Of a stretch of 64,000 bases of DNA, positions 38,901 through 47,714 are shown piece after piece. The notes below the pieces were generated by a model, which made no database searches, was not told the origin of the DNA, and saw only the letters and a list, made by a program, of their open reading frames with translations. Both the position numbers and the translations under genes were made by a program. Location: sequence record DRR378314_606. One strand, written 5' to 3'. Every line of letters starts with the position of its first letter. Position 1 is the stretch's first letter.

Positions 38901-39000
38901 CAATTATACAGGTTTGGATCCCGAAGCATCGGATTTAGTAGATAAGGGTACCTACCCACTTTCTACATCCTTCATGTTTGGTGTAAACGTTAAATTTTAA
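35956..39000 (+). CDS. susC: SusC/RagA family TonB-dependent transporter
   Basis: GTSTDFDGNY, LDEVVLVGY, DPLYIVDG, VLKDAAAASIYGSRASAGVVLITTK, NPDLKWET, C-terminal VNVKF. Confidence 0.96.
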   Translation: MMMKNCISKLTFLGAILFGSSLLAQNITGVVSDDEGPLPGVNVIIEGTSIGTSTDFDGNYTISNVDTNAVLLFSYIGYKTQAIPVNGQTQINVTMSVDANALDEVVLVGYSTLKKSTLTGAISVVDVDDLNKARTSNVAQALQGQVAGVQVASSSGAPGGGIQVRIRGVGTIGNNDPLYIVDGVPSRDITFLNQSDIKTMSVLKDAAAASIYGSRASAGVVLITTKSGSAGKMKLEAEYWYGVQSASNLPTMLNAEQYINTTEKAWNNTYTGANPYTADRGRADFSDTDWLDELFEGGSSQNLQLSASGGSENVQFLTSLGYYGENGIVVYDNDKFRRLNFRSNINADLTDRLKIGTNVQLSSSTQDKVPSTGESLIRFALLRAPVIPVFKDVNDPTYSERDPFTDMPFFTATGYDQGLNRTMYEMVGNPIAQAYFSDDQTRIFKTFGNIYGQYSFLKDKELTFRSNVGVDLTFFHDKTFNENYGDDDGGGSAIDQGLGRRNRPNNLSERRGESLALTFSNTLNYNKSFGEKHDFSAMVGTEYVTQTESDIVASRARFPYSIDEFRYLSYGGEGLDENNAGAGTESALFSYFGSTTYSYDNKYMITANLRADASSRFAENNRWGYFPSVSGGWTLSREDFLSEVDWLSDLKLRASWGQLGNQNIDNYTYAELIEQTEGIVRKVRYGNPDLKWETTTQANFGIDLGLFNNKVGVTAEYFDKSTTDILLPIGLPGFLGDLQPTIVNAGEVSNKGFEFSVNFRNSEREFKYNINANLSTVTNNVEKLHPNVPNIVNNESRTVVGQPLDAYYGYRMEGIYQNQAEIDSHLFLEGNSKPGDIRFKDINGDGKISPDFDREFIGSSIPDLTYGIFLTGEYKGFDMSMLFQGVEGIDRYNDGKKIIDFDTRPFNYTTAILGAWDGEGSTNSIPRVAFEDNGSSKVSSIFVEDASYFRLKNIEIGYTIDGVQGFDSARLYISGRNLLTSTNYTGLDPEASDLVDKGTYPLSTSFMFGVNVKF

Positions 39001-39018
39001 TTTAAAAAAATAGTAATC

Positions 39019-40503
39019 ATGAAAAATATATTTAACAGAATACTAATTGTCCTTTTCATATCATCACTTGCAGTGGGTTGTATGGATGAATTGGAAAAAG
39101 AGCCAATTGGGCTACTAACGGAGGACATCGTGGACAATGACTTGGCTTTGGTGACCCTTGAAGCTTCGGTAAGCTCAATATATCAACCTTTAAAAAACAC
39201 TCTGAACGGTGTTATTCCAGGTTGGAGATGGGATTTGGGGACCGTATTTAGAAATGACATTGTATTGCAGGATATCGCATCCAATGACATGAATAAAAAA
39301 TGGAATCCGGATGGAGATCAGCCCTGGATGGATGAAGTGGGCAACTACACTTTTACACCGGAAAACCAAGCTTTTAACGGAATTTGGGTTTATGACTATA
39401 TTGGAATAAACAGGGCCAATTTGGCAATAGGGTTTTTATCCGATGCGGCTACCGTCCAATCGGCAGGCATGACCGATGCCCGAAAAAATCAACTTTTGTC
39501 AGAAGCACATTTTTTAAGGGCCTACTACTATTTTGATTTAGTGAATAATTTTGGCGATGTACCTTTAATTAGTGCAACTCCAGATTCTTTTGAGGAAGCC
39601 TTGGCCGTAGCCATTAGAGCACCAAAAGAAGAGGTTATGAACCAGGTGAACTCCGATATTGCCCTGGCAAAATCATTGGCAACCAACGCCAAGTACCCCG
39701 ATCCGGCAGAACCATGGAGAGTTTCCAAAGGAGCCATAATTGCATTGCAGGCAAAAGTTGCATTATTTAATGAGAATTGGTCCTCGGTGCTAAGCACGAT
39801 TGCGGAATTGGATGCCCTTGGAAATTACAGTCTTAATGCTAATTATTTTGATAGTTTTAACGCCGAAATGGAATTCGCTGACAATGAAGTGATTTTTGCC
39901 TATGATCATCGTTCAGACGAAACGCCTAACAATACTAATGGATTGAGATTTGTTATTGGTTGGGGATTTTTTGCACCAACGGATGATTTTGTGGCGGCCT
40001 TTGAAGCAAATGACCCAAGATTGCTATATACCACTACTGCCAATCCTGACGATAAACGTTCTTTCAAGATAATAGGATCTACCACAGATATGATAGATTA
40101 TGGCAATAAAGTCTATATCCGCTACGCCGATGTCCTGCTATGGAAAGCAGAAGCACTCAATGAAACAGGGGATTATGTAGGAGCGGTCGACATTATAAAC
40201 CAAATTAGAAATAGAGCTAGGACCAGTGCTACTGCAGACGGTTCTATAGTACCTCTAGGTACATTAACAGATAGACCGGCGTCAACAAATGCAGTCGAAA
40301 TTTTAGGATGGATAATGTCTGAAAGAAGAGTGGAGCTAGGTTTTGAATCCCATAGGTTCAATGATTTAAAAAGATGGGGAACGGCAAAAACCGTATTATC
40401 CGATTTGGGGAGAAATTTCCAAGACTATAATTATTTATTCCCAATACCACAAAGGGATATTGATAAGTCTGGAGGAACAATTACCCAGAACCCAGGTTAT
40501 TAA
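39019..40503 (+). CDS. susD: SusD/RagB family lipoprotein
   Basis: Lipobox AVGC, EAHFLRAYYYFDLVNNFGDVP, IRYADVLLWKAEA, ERRVELGFE, QNPGY. Confidence 0.95.
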   Translation: MKNIFNRILIVLFISSLAVGCMDELEKEPIGLLTEDIVDNDLALVTLEASVSSIYQPLKNTLNGVIPGWRWDLGTVFRNDIVLQDIASNDMNKKWNPDGDQPWMDEVGNYTFTPENQAFNGIWVYDYIGINRANLAIGFLSDAATVQSAGMTDARKNQLLSEAHFLRAYYYFDLVNNFGDVPLISATPDSFEEALAVAIRAPKEEVMNQVNSDIALAKSLATNAKYPDPAEPWRVSKGAIIALQAKVALFNENWSSVLSTIAELDALGNYSLNANYFDSFNAEMEFADNEVIFAYDHRSDETPNNTNGLRFVIGWGFFAPTDDFVAAFEANDPRLLYTTTANPDDKRSFKIIGSTTDMIDYGNKVYIRYADVLLWKAEALNETGDYVGAVDIINQIRNRARTSATADGSIVPLGTLTDRPASTNAVEILGWIMSERRVELGFESHRFNDLKRWGTAKTVLSDLGRNFQDYNYLFPIPQRDIDKSGGTITQNPGY

Positions 40504-40555
40504 AACAAATCAAAAACATAAATTATTGAGTTGATTGTTAAGTTTTGTTGGAGTT

Positions 40556-40592
40556 GAGAAGTAGTATGAATTCTATATACTACTTCTCTTTT
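40556..40592 (+). terminator. Intra-operon stem-loop after susD
   Basis: GAGAAGTAGTAT-9 nt-ATACTACTTCTC-TTTT, a perfect 12-bp stem. Confidence 0.65.
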
Positions 40593-40626
40593 CAAAAACT
40601 TTACCCAACCCAGAACTGAACGGAAT

Positions 40627-41676
40627 ATGACAGATATTGCAAATAGATATAGTGAAAATCCATTATTGTCGCCCAAAGATTTAAAGCCAAGCAATAAGAA
40701 TATGCTTATTGAATGTTTGCTTAATCCGGGGACATTCGAATTTAATGGAAAAATTGGACTACTAGTTCGTGTTGCCGAAAGAACTGTCAAAAAAGACGGT
40801 CTAATATCCGTCCCTTTTTATAACGATTTTGGAAAGGTAGAGATTTTGGATTTTAAGTTGGATGACCCCAAGTTGGATGCTTCAGATGCCAGGGTCATCA
40901 ATTATGACGGAGTGGATTACCTAACTACTATTTCCCATCTTAGATTACTTTTTAGCGATGACGGAATTACATTCTCGGAGTCGGAGGAATACCCGGCACT
41001 TTTTGGTGAAGGGGAATACGAAAGTTATGGTATTGAAGACTGTAGAGTTTCAAAATTGGAAGACATTTATTTCCTGACCTATACCATGGTTTCCCCCAAT
41101 GGAGTTGGCGTTGGGTTGAGAACAACAAAAAATTGGAAAGACTTTGATAAAAAAGGGATGATTTTTAGTCCGCATAATAAGGACTGTGCCATTTTTGAAG
41201 AAAAAATCAATGATAAGTTTTATGCACTGCATAGACCCAGTAGTCCCGAATTAGGCGGGAATTATATTTGGATCGCTGAATCGCCAGACGGTGTGCATTG
41301 GGGCAATCACAAGTGTATTTCTAAAACCAGGGCTTCAAAATTTGACAGTAAAAGACTTGGAGCTGGAGCTTCACCCATTAAAACCAAGGAAGGATGGTTG
41401 GCAATCTATCATGGGGCAACGGACAAAAATAGATATTGTTTGGGGGCTTTGTTGTTGGACTTGAATGACCCCTCTATTGTAATTGCAAGGTCTGAGGAAC
41501 CGATAATGGAACCATTGGCCGAATATGAAAAAACTGGATTTTTTGGCAATGTAGTTTTTACCAACGGCCATTTGGTGAATGGGGACGAAATAAGTGTTTA
41601 CTACGGAGCTTCGGATGAACACGTATGCCTAGCAACTCTTTCTATCGAATCAATACTAAAATCACTTAAGAAATAA
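40627..41676 (+). CDS. GH130 mannoside phosphorylase, cytoplasmic (beta-1,2-mannobiose phosphorylase-like)
   Basis: RYSENPLL, LLVRVAE, YLTTISHL, YGIEDCRV, HNKDCAIF, ALHRP, IYHGA, FFGNVVF, YYGASD; no signal peptide. Confidence 0.88.
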   Translation: MTDIANRYSENPLLSPKDLKPSNKNMLIECLLNPGTFEFNGKIGLLVRVAERTVKKDGLISVPFYNDFGKVEILDFKLDDPKLDASDARVINYDGVDYLTTISHLRLLFSDDGITFSESEEYPALFGEGEYESYGIEDCRVSKLEDIYFLTYTMVSPNGVGVGLRTTKNWKDFDKKGMIFSPHNKDCAIFEEKINDKFYALHRPSSPELGGNYIWIAESPDGVHWGNHKCISKTRASKFDSKRLGAGASPIKTKEGWLAIYHGATDKNRYCLGALLLDLNDPSIVIARSEEPIMEPLAEYEKTGFFGNVVFTNGHLVNGDEISVYYGASDEHVCLATLSIESILKSLKK

Positions 41677-42917
41677 TGGGAGTTGTTGCTAAAATTGGAA
41701 TAAAGGATTTTTCAAGGAGTGCTAAAATATTGATCCTAACAAATTTGGTCTATGCATTTGTTATGCCTGTTATAGATATTTTTGTGGCATCCTACATCAT
41801 GAGGAACTCCAATGATCCATCAAAGGTGATGTTGTATCAATTGGCCATATATACGGGTATACCCATTACTTTTTATATTAACGGGTACTTACTTAACCGG
41901 ATAAACATTAAAAGATTATTTTCTTTGGGGATGTTGCTAAGCGGGGTATCCATGATTTTTATGATGTCGCTAAAAGAGATTTCTTATTCAGGATTGGTTT
42001 CGGCTGGACTTATAATGGGGATGTCTTTTGGTCTTTATTGGTCCAATAGGGATTATCTAGTACTTGCGACTACATCGGATAGAACTAGAAATTTTTATTA
42101 TGGACTTGACACGTTCTTTTATACCACCACCGCAGTTTTGGTACCTATTGTTATAGGATGGTATCTAATGACTGGCAATGGCAGTACTAATGAAGGGGTA
42201 AATTCAGGATATAAGGTTGTAACGGTTGCTGTCTTTATTTTTACCATTATTGCTTCAATTATTTTTCATTTTGGGACCTACGAAAAGCCGAAGAACGAGA
42301 AGTTCCTGTATTTCAAGTTTCATAAACTTTGGAATAAAATGCTCCAAATGGCTTTGTTAAAAGGGTTGGCCCAGGGTTTTATAGTTACGGCCCCAGCCAT
42401 TTTAATGATGAAATTTTTTGCATCGGAAGGGGCATTGGGCACGGCCCAATCCATAGGAGCAATAATAGCAGCTATTATAATGCTTATTTTAGGAAAATTA
42501 TCCAAGCCAAAGCACCGCCTCATTATTTTTAGTTTTGGTCTAATATGTTTCTTTTTGGCTTCCTTGTTCAATGCCTTATTGTTTAGTTCCATTGGAGTGA
42601 TCATTTTTATATTTCTACTTTTGATCGCTAGACCCATTTTGGATATAGCCTATTTTCCAATTCAACTTAAAGTTATTGATTTACTTTCCGAACTGGAGAA
42701 CAGAAACGAATTTGCCTATATACTAAATCATGAATTTGGATTGTACGTGGGCAGGCTTATAGGAGCTGGTACATTCCTAGGTATCGCATTTTTTGGTGAT
42801 GCCGATATCGCTTTACGATATGCTCTATTAATAATAGGGACATTGCAACTATTGGCCATAGTAATTGCAAAACAATTATTAACGCAACAAAATAAACTAG
42901 AAAATGAAAATATTTAA
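41676..42917 (+). CDS. MFS transporter
   Basis: About 12 hydrophobic helices in 413 aa; start overlaps the GH130 stop (TAATG). Confidence 0.82.
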   Translation: MGVVAKIGIKDFSRSAKILILTNLVYAFVMPVIDIFVASYIMRNSNDPSKVMLYQLAIYTGIPITFYINGYLLNRINIKRLFSLGMLLSGVSMIFMMSLKEISYSGLVSAGLIMGMSFGLYWSNRDYLVLATTSDRTRNFYYGLDTFFYTTTAVLVPIVIGWYLMTGNGSTNEGVNSGYKVVTVAVFIFTIIASIIFHFGTYEKPKNEKFLYFKFHKLWNKMLQMALLKGLAQGFIVTAPAILMMKFFASEGALGTAQSIGAIIAAIIMLILGKLSKPKHRLIIFSFGLICFFLASLFNALLFSSIGVIIFIFLLLIARPILDIAYFPIQLKVIDLLSELENRNEFAYILNHEFGLYVGRLIGAGTFLGIAFFGDADIALRYALLIIGTLQLLAIVIAKQLLTQQNKLENENI

Positions 42918-44670
42918 TTGTTATATAGTCCTTTTATTAACTTTAACTCTTGGACTTAATTCATGTAAAAATGCAAGTAAAGCCGATCTGTTTGAGGTTC
43001 CCAATCCGATAGCCCAGGTTGGTGTTCTAAGGATCGATTCCATGCCTAACCTGCCAAAGCCCTTCAAAATTTTGGATTTTAACAGCTTGGCAAAAGATTA
43101 TGACAAAAAGGTATACGATGAAAATCAAACAGGGGAATATTGGCCTTTAGTTTGGAAGGATAATTCTAGAAAAAATTTTGACCAAGAAACCTACGGGATT
43201 TATACTGCTATGGGCGATGTTAGACAGGGCCAGGAACATTATGACGGTATTTTTCACGAATCGCTTGCAAGTATTGGGTCTGTATTAGGGGCAAGCTTGG
43301 TGGGCATTGACAAGACCAACCAAAACGGTGAAAACTATTTAAGGATGTTAAAGAACTACTACAATAGTGAAACCAATTGGAACATAATGATGAACAATAC
43401 CGGACCCGAAGTGGCTCAGCTTGGTGGTGGCTATGCCAGGGATTGGTGGTATGATGTTTATCCCAATGTTATGTTCTATGCCGTTGCCGATCTTTATCCA
43501 CAGGCAACAGAATACGATACCATATTAAAGTCAGTGGCAGATAAGTTTTATGAAGCAGACTCCGTACTAAACGGTAACTACGATTATTCCTTTTTTGATT
43601 ATGCTACCATGCAACCCAATAAGACATGGATATGTACTCAGCAAGATGCGGCGGCGGGTCATGCCTTTGTACTTTATTCAGCTTACCAAAAATTTAATGA
43701 TCCAAAATATTTGGAGGGGGCCAAATCATCCTTGGAAGCACTTTTAAATCAGAAGGAAAACTATTTCTATGAAATTTTGATGCCTTTTGGGGCTTATGTT
43801 GCCACTAGAATGAATGCGGAGCAAGGGACCAATTATGATTTTTCAGAAGTTTTGGATTGGACCTTTGATGGCAATTCCGCTTGCCGGGAGGGTTGGGGTG
43901 TACTTGTGGATAATTGGAATGGATATGACGTTTCCGGGCTAGTGGGCAGTACAACCCATAATGGAGGTTTTGCTTTTTTAATGAATACCTATGACGCTAT
44001 GTGGCCACTGGTGCCTTTGGTGCGTTATGATCAACGGTACGCCAATACCATCGGTAAATGGATGCTAAATGCCGCAAATGCTTCTAGGTTGTTTTACCCA
44101 TACGAAATACCGGATGACCATCAAACGATACCTGAAGAGAAAGAACACACTAAAGGCGTAATTGCTTATGAAGGCCTTATAAAAAGTTCGCATTATGAAG
44201 AAGAGGGGTTGTATTTGGATATAGCGGCACCAGTAGCTATTGGTGATGGAATGAAATGGAATAAGGACAATCCGAAAGTTTCCCAATTCAGTGTTTACGG
44301 TAGTGGTCATGTGGGTGTTGCCGGGGCTATAATTTCCAAAACCAATGTTGAAAATATACTTCAATTGGATTTATTGGCTACCGATTTTTATCGTGAAGAA
44401 GCATACCCAAGTTATTTATATTACAATCCCAATGCGGAAAGTAAAGAGGTCATCATCTCAATTGGAGACAAAGATTTAAAGATTTACGATGCTGTTGAGC
44501 GTAAGTTTATTTCCCAAAAGACGAAATTCGATTTTACTTTTAATATTGAAGGGGAGTCCTCGCGTTTATTGGTTATGATACCGGCATCCGCAAAAGTTAA
44601 GGAAAAAGACGGTAAATTATATGCCGATGATATTATTATAGATTATAAATACGGTTATGAAATAAATTAA
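42904..44670 (+). CDS. Uncharacterised lipoprotein, putative glycan-cleaving enzyme
   Basis: Lipobox LNSC; aromatic/acidic-rich (RDWWYD, QQDAAAG, FYEILMP, REGWG); overlaps the MFS gene by 14 nt. Confidence 0.6.
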   Translation: MKIFNCYIVLLLTLTLGLNSCKNASKADLFEVPNPIAQVGVLRIDSMPNLPKPFKILDFNSLAKDYDKKVYDENQTGEYWPLVWKDNSRKNFDQETYGIYTAMGDVRQGQEHYDGIFHESLASIGSVLGASLVGIDKTNQNGENYLRMLKNYYNSETNWNIMMNNTGPEVAQLGGGYARDWWYDVYPNVMFYAVADLYPQATEYDTILKSVADKFYEADSVLNGNYDYSFFDYATMQPNKTWICTQQDAAAGHAFVLYSAYQKFNDPKYLEGAKSSLEALLNQKENYFYEILMPFGAYVATRMNAEQGTNYDFSEVLDWTFDGNSACREGWGVLVDNWNGYDVSGLVGSTTHNGGFAFLMNTYDAMWPLVPLVRYDQRYANTIGKWMLNAANASRLFYPYEIPDDHQTIPEEKEHTKGVIAYEGLIKSSHYEEEGLYLDIAAPVAIGDGMKWNKDNPKVSQFSVYGSGHVGVAGAIISKTNVENILQLDLLATDFYREEAYPSYLYYNPNAESKEVIISIGDKDLKIYDAVERKFISQKTKFDFTFNIEGESSRLLVMIPASAKVKEKDGKLYADDIIIDYKYGYEIN

Positions 44671-44723
44671 GTTCCCCCATTTAATATCTTCCTTGACATA
44701 ATGTGGAAGCTTTTATAGCTGCC

Positions 44724-44760
44724 AAGGAGTGTTCCTATATAATTACGGAATGCTCCTTTT
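44724..44760 (+). terminator. Intrinsic terminator closing the GH130 PUL
   Basis: AAGGAGTGTTCC-11 nt-GGAATGCTCCTT-TT; two G-U pairs favour the + strand. Confidence 0.65.
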
Positions 44761-44937
44761 GTCTTTTAAGCGGATTTATCCCTGCTTGGGCAGGCCTTTA
44801 AGCTGATCAGACTGAAGTCTGGGAAAGCGAAATTACCTGGTAAGGTCCTAGTTTAATGGTGTTAGGGTAGTAATATCAAAAGCTATTCCTAAAATAGAGG
44901 TGTCTCCTGTCTTGATTTTTCTAGACCATCTCCCTGT

Positions 44938-47160
44938 TTAGGATTTCAAAATTTTCTCTGGCGTTATCGGCAGATCATAAATACGTATAGCATAGGCATT
45001 ATAGATGGCATTGGCTATTGCCGCAGCCGTTGGCGGAACTGGGACTTCCCCGGCACCTTTGGCGTCTTCGCTTGGGCGGTTGATAATGGCTACCTCCACT
45101 TCAGGGACTTCAGAAAATTTTAGAATGGGATATTTTATCCAATCTGTACTAGTTATTTCTGTTGTATTGAACGTCACCTCCTCTTTTAGGGTCCAGCTGG
45201 CTGCCTGCATCATCCCGCCTTCAATTTGATTGGTGAGTCCATCCATATTGATTACCTCCCCTACGTCTACCGCTGCCCACATTTTAATAAGACCCACATT
45301 ACCGTTATTTTTATCCACCGTAACCTTGGCCGCAACGGCAATATAGGCGTCCGTATTTTTATACCTCATAAAGGCATACCCAATCCCTTTGCCATCCTCG
45401 TTATTTTGTGTGCTGGTAAGGGCTTGCACTTTTTGGATTACCGCTATGGCCCTTTCATCTTCCAAGTGGTTTAGTCGGAATTCCAAGGGGTCTTGGCCTG
45501 CCTTTTCGGCCAAAGTGTCCATAAACGATTCTATGGCAAAAATATTGGTAAACGATCCTAGGCTACGCAAAGAGGATGTGCGAAAGGGTCCATCATAGTA
45601 GTGTGCATTCACGGTAATATCGGGAATGCCGTAATATGGATCGGCATTTCTATGTCCTCCTCCCAAATACCCTCTCGACTTCATCTGGTATGGGTTTTCC
45701 AAATACCTGGCGGCCAATACCGTTCCGGCATCCTTGTTCGGGCGTGTGCTATGGGAGTCGGTCCACACCTCGGTTTTCCATGAGTTTATTTTATTGTTTT
45801 TATCCAGACTGGCTTCCAATTCGGTGATCATGGCCGGACCATAGGGATCCCACAAGTGCTCATCATGTCTGGACCATTGCACCCTAATATGGGTATTGGG
45901 GTATTCGATGGCCAAAAGTGCTGCATCGGCCGCGGCATCATCGGCAGTGCTATGGCCAAAACACCCTGCTCCAGGGACACTCTTAATATGAATTTTATCG
46001 GGTTCCATATTCAACATGGTCGCCAAGGCTTCCCTCATGGGATATATTCCTTGACTGTGGGACCAGATATGCAATATTTCACCATCAAACATCGCTATTC
46101 CACAGGCGGGGCCCATAGAGGCGTGCTTAATATAGGGTTTCGTATATGTTGCTTTAAGGGTTTTAGTGCCTTCAAATGCTGCTGCCACATCACCTTCGTT
46201 TTTCACTGTTTCCGGGCTGGAGGCAATCAATTTAATATGTGCGTAGAGATTTTCAGATTTAGCGAAGGGTATGGGGGCCGTCCATATCGAGTGGTCCTTC
46301 AGGTATTGTTCCGCCTTTACGGCTTGGTATTCCCTTTCAGTAATTACGCCCACAAAACTTCCTTTTCTTACCGTTTTAATGATTCCTGAAACTTCTGATT
46401 TTAAACCGGTGTCATCCAAAGAAATCAGTTGGGAAGTATATCTCGGAGGTCTCACCACTCTGGCATGCACCATACCGGGGAAGCGCAGGTCTTGAATGTA
46501 GGTCGACTGCCCCCTTACCATTTCTTCTATATCTGGTCTTGGTATGGCTTTGCCAACAAAGCGATGTTCCCTGTTGTCTTTTATGGGAATTGGAAGCATT
46601 ACTTCTTTTTCTATCTGTTCGCCATCAAGTATCTCGGCAAAAGTCAAGGATTCTTTGTTTTGTTTAGATTTAACTAGGCCGTTGTAAAGCAATAGATTAT
46701 CAACAGCAGTATTCAGTTTTTTACTCGCCAAGAGCAATAATTCCTGTCTAGCTGTAGCTGCTGCATAGCGAACAGACATGGCACTGTTCTGAATGGAAGC
46801 GCTGGCACCGGTATAGCCCTCATTAGGGGTGACACCAGTCTCTGCCAGATGAACTTGTACCTTCTTCAGATCCATATCCAGTTCTTCGGCGGCCACCTGC
46901 TGGATAGCAGTGCGGATGCCCTGTCCCAATTCTACTTTTCCAGATAGTACCCTAATGGTGCCATCCTCCAATATTTCCAACCAGGCGTTTACGGTTTTGG
47001 CACGGCCCATACTGCCTGGTAGTTTCCCATCATAATCTAGTCGGGCGGCCATTATGGGGTCTTCCACACCCGAGCAGGCTCCAAACAATGTAAATCCCAC
47101 GCTGATATAGCCCAAGTCTTTGATAAATTTTCTTCTGGTTGTAAGTGGTATTGCTGTCAT
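44938..47160 (-). CDS. Xanthine dehydrogenase family molybdopterin-binding subunit (IorB/NicB-like), Tat signal
   Basis: TRRKFIK, SGKVELGQGIRTA, HASMGPACG, SLRSLG, NQIEGG, GAGEVPVPPTAAAIANA, RIYDLPITPEK. Confidence 0.92.
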   Translation of the reverse strand: MTAIPLTTRRKFIKDLGYISVGFTLFGACSGVEDPIMAARLDYDGKLPGSMGRAKTVNAWLEILEDGTIRVLSGKVELGQGIRTAIQQVAAEELDMDLKKVQVHLAETGVTPNEGYTGASASIQNSAMSVRYAAATARQELLLLASKKLNTAVDNLLLYNGLVKSKQNKESLTFAEILDGEQIEKEVMLPIPIKDNREHRFVGKAIPRPDIEEMVRGQSTYIQDLRFPGMVHARVVRPPRYTSQLISLDDTGLKSEVSGIIKTVRKGSFVGVITEREYQAVKAEQYLKDHSIWTAPIPFAKSENLYAHIKLIASSPETVKNEGDVAAAFEGTKTLKATYTKPYIKHASMGPACGIAMFDGEILHIWSHSQGIYPMREALATMLNMEPDKIHIKSVPGAGCFGHSTADDAAADAALLAIEYPNTHIRVQWSRHDEHLWDPYGPAMITELEASLDKNNKINSWKTEVWTDSHSTRPNKDAGTVLAARYLENPYQMKSRGYLGGGHRNADPYYGIPDITVNAHYYDGPFRTSSLRSLGSFTNIFAIESFMDTLAEKAGQDPLEFRLNHLEDERAIAVIQKVQALTSTQNNEDGKGIGYAFMRYKNTDAYIAVAAKVTVDKNNGNVGLIKMWAAVDVGEVINMDGLTNQIEGGMMQAASWTLKEEVTFNTTEITSTDWIKYPILKFSEVPEVEVAIINRPSEDAKGAGEVPVPPTAAAIANAIYNAYAIRIYDLPITPEKILKS

Positions 47161-47172
47161 GGCAGATGTAAA

Positions 47173-47637
47173 TTATAGGCTTTTGGCTGCGGTCTTAATA
47201 GCTCGGATGATCCTAGTATGGGTTCCGCAGCGACAGAGGTTACCCTGCAGTGCAGTTTTGATTTCCATCTCATCTGGGTTTGGGTTGGAATTTAAAAGTC
47301 CAACCGCGGTCATCACCATACCATTGAGGCAATAACCGCATTGGGCAGCCTGCTCGTCCACAAAAGCCTGCTGCACGGCATGTAGCTTACCTTTATTGGT
47401 AGTAAGTCCTTCCAAGGTGATTATTTCAGCATCCCCAATAGAGGATATTGGAATCATACAGCTGTTGATGGACTTTCCGTTCACGAGGATTTTGCACGAC
47501 CCACATTGTGCAAGTCCACAACCAAATTTTGGACCATTAAGTTCCAGATAGTCTCGTAGGACATATAGTAAAGGGGTGTCGGCTTCAGTCTCGACCATTT
47601 TTTGGGAACTGTTGACGTTGAGGTGGTAGGTTGGCAT
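47173..47637 (-). CDS. (2Fe-2S)-binding small subunit (IorA/NicA/CoxS-like)
   Basis: KFGCGLAQCGSC...SC, QCGYC, NLCRC. Confidence 0.95.
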   Translation of the reverse strand: MPTYHLNVNSSQKMVETEADTPLLYVLRDYLELNGPKFGCGLAQCGSCKILVNGKSINSCMIPISSIGDAEIITLEGLTTNKGKLHAVQQAFVDEQAAQCGYCLNGMVMTAVGLLNSNPNPDEMEIKTALQGNLCRCGTHTRIIRAIKTAAKSL

Positions 47638-47714
47638 GGTAATTTGTTTAGCTTCTAAGATAATGAATTGCTTTTCTAAAACAAATGACCGTGCAATCTA
47701 GAAAGTAGGAATTT

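Noticed and set aside
45856-46389. 177-aa ORF antisense to the molybdoenzyme gene, and the many other 60-170 aa overlapping ORFs in the track
   Set aside because: Shadow ORFs opposite or out of frame with well-supported genes, with no recognisable motifs
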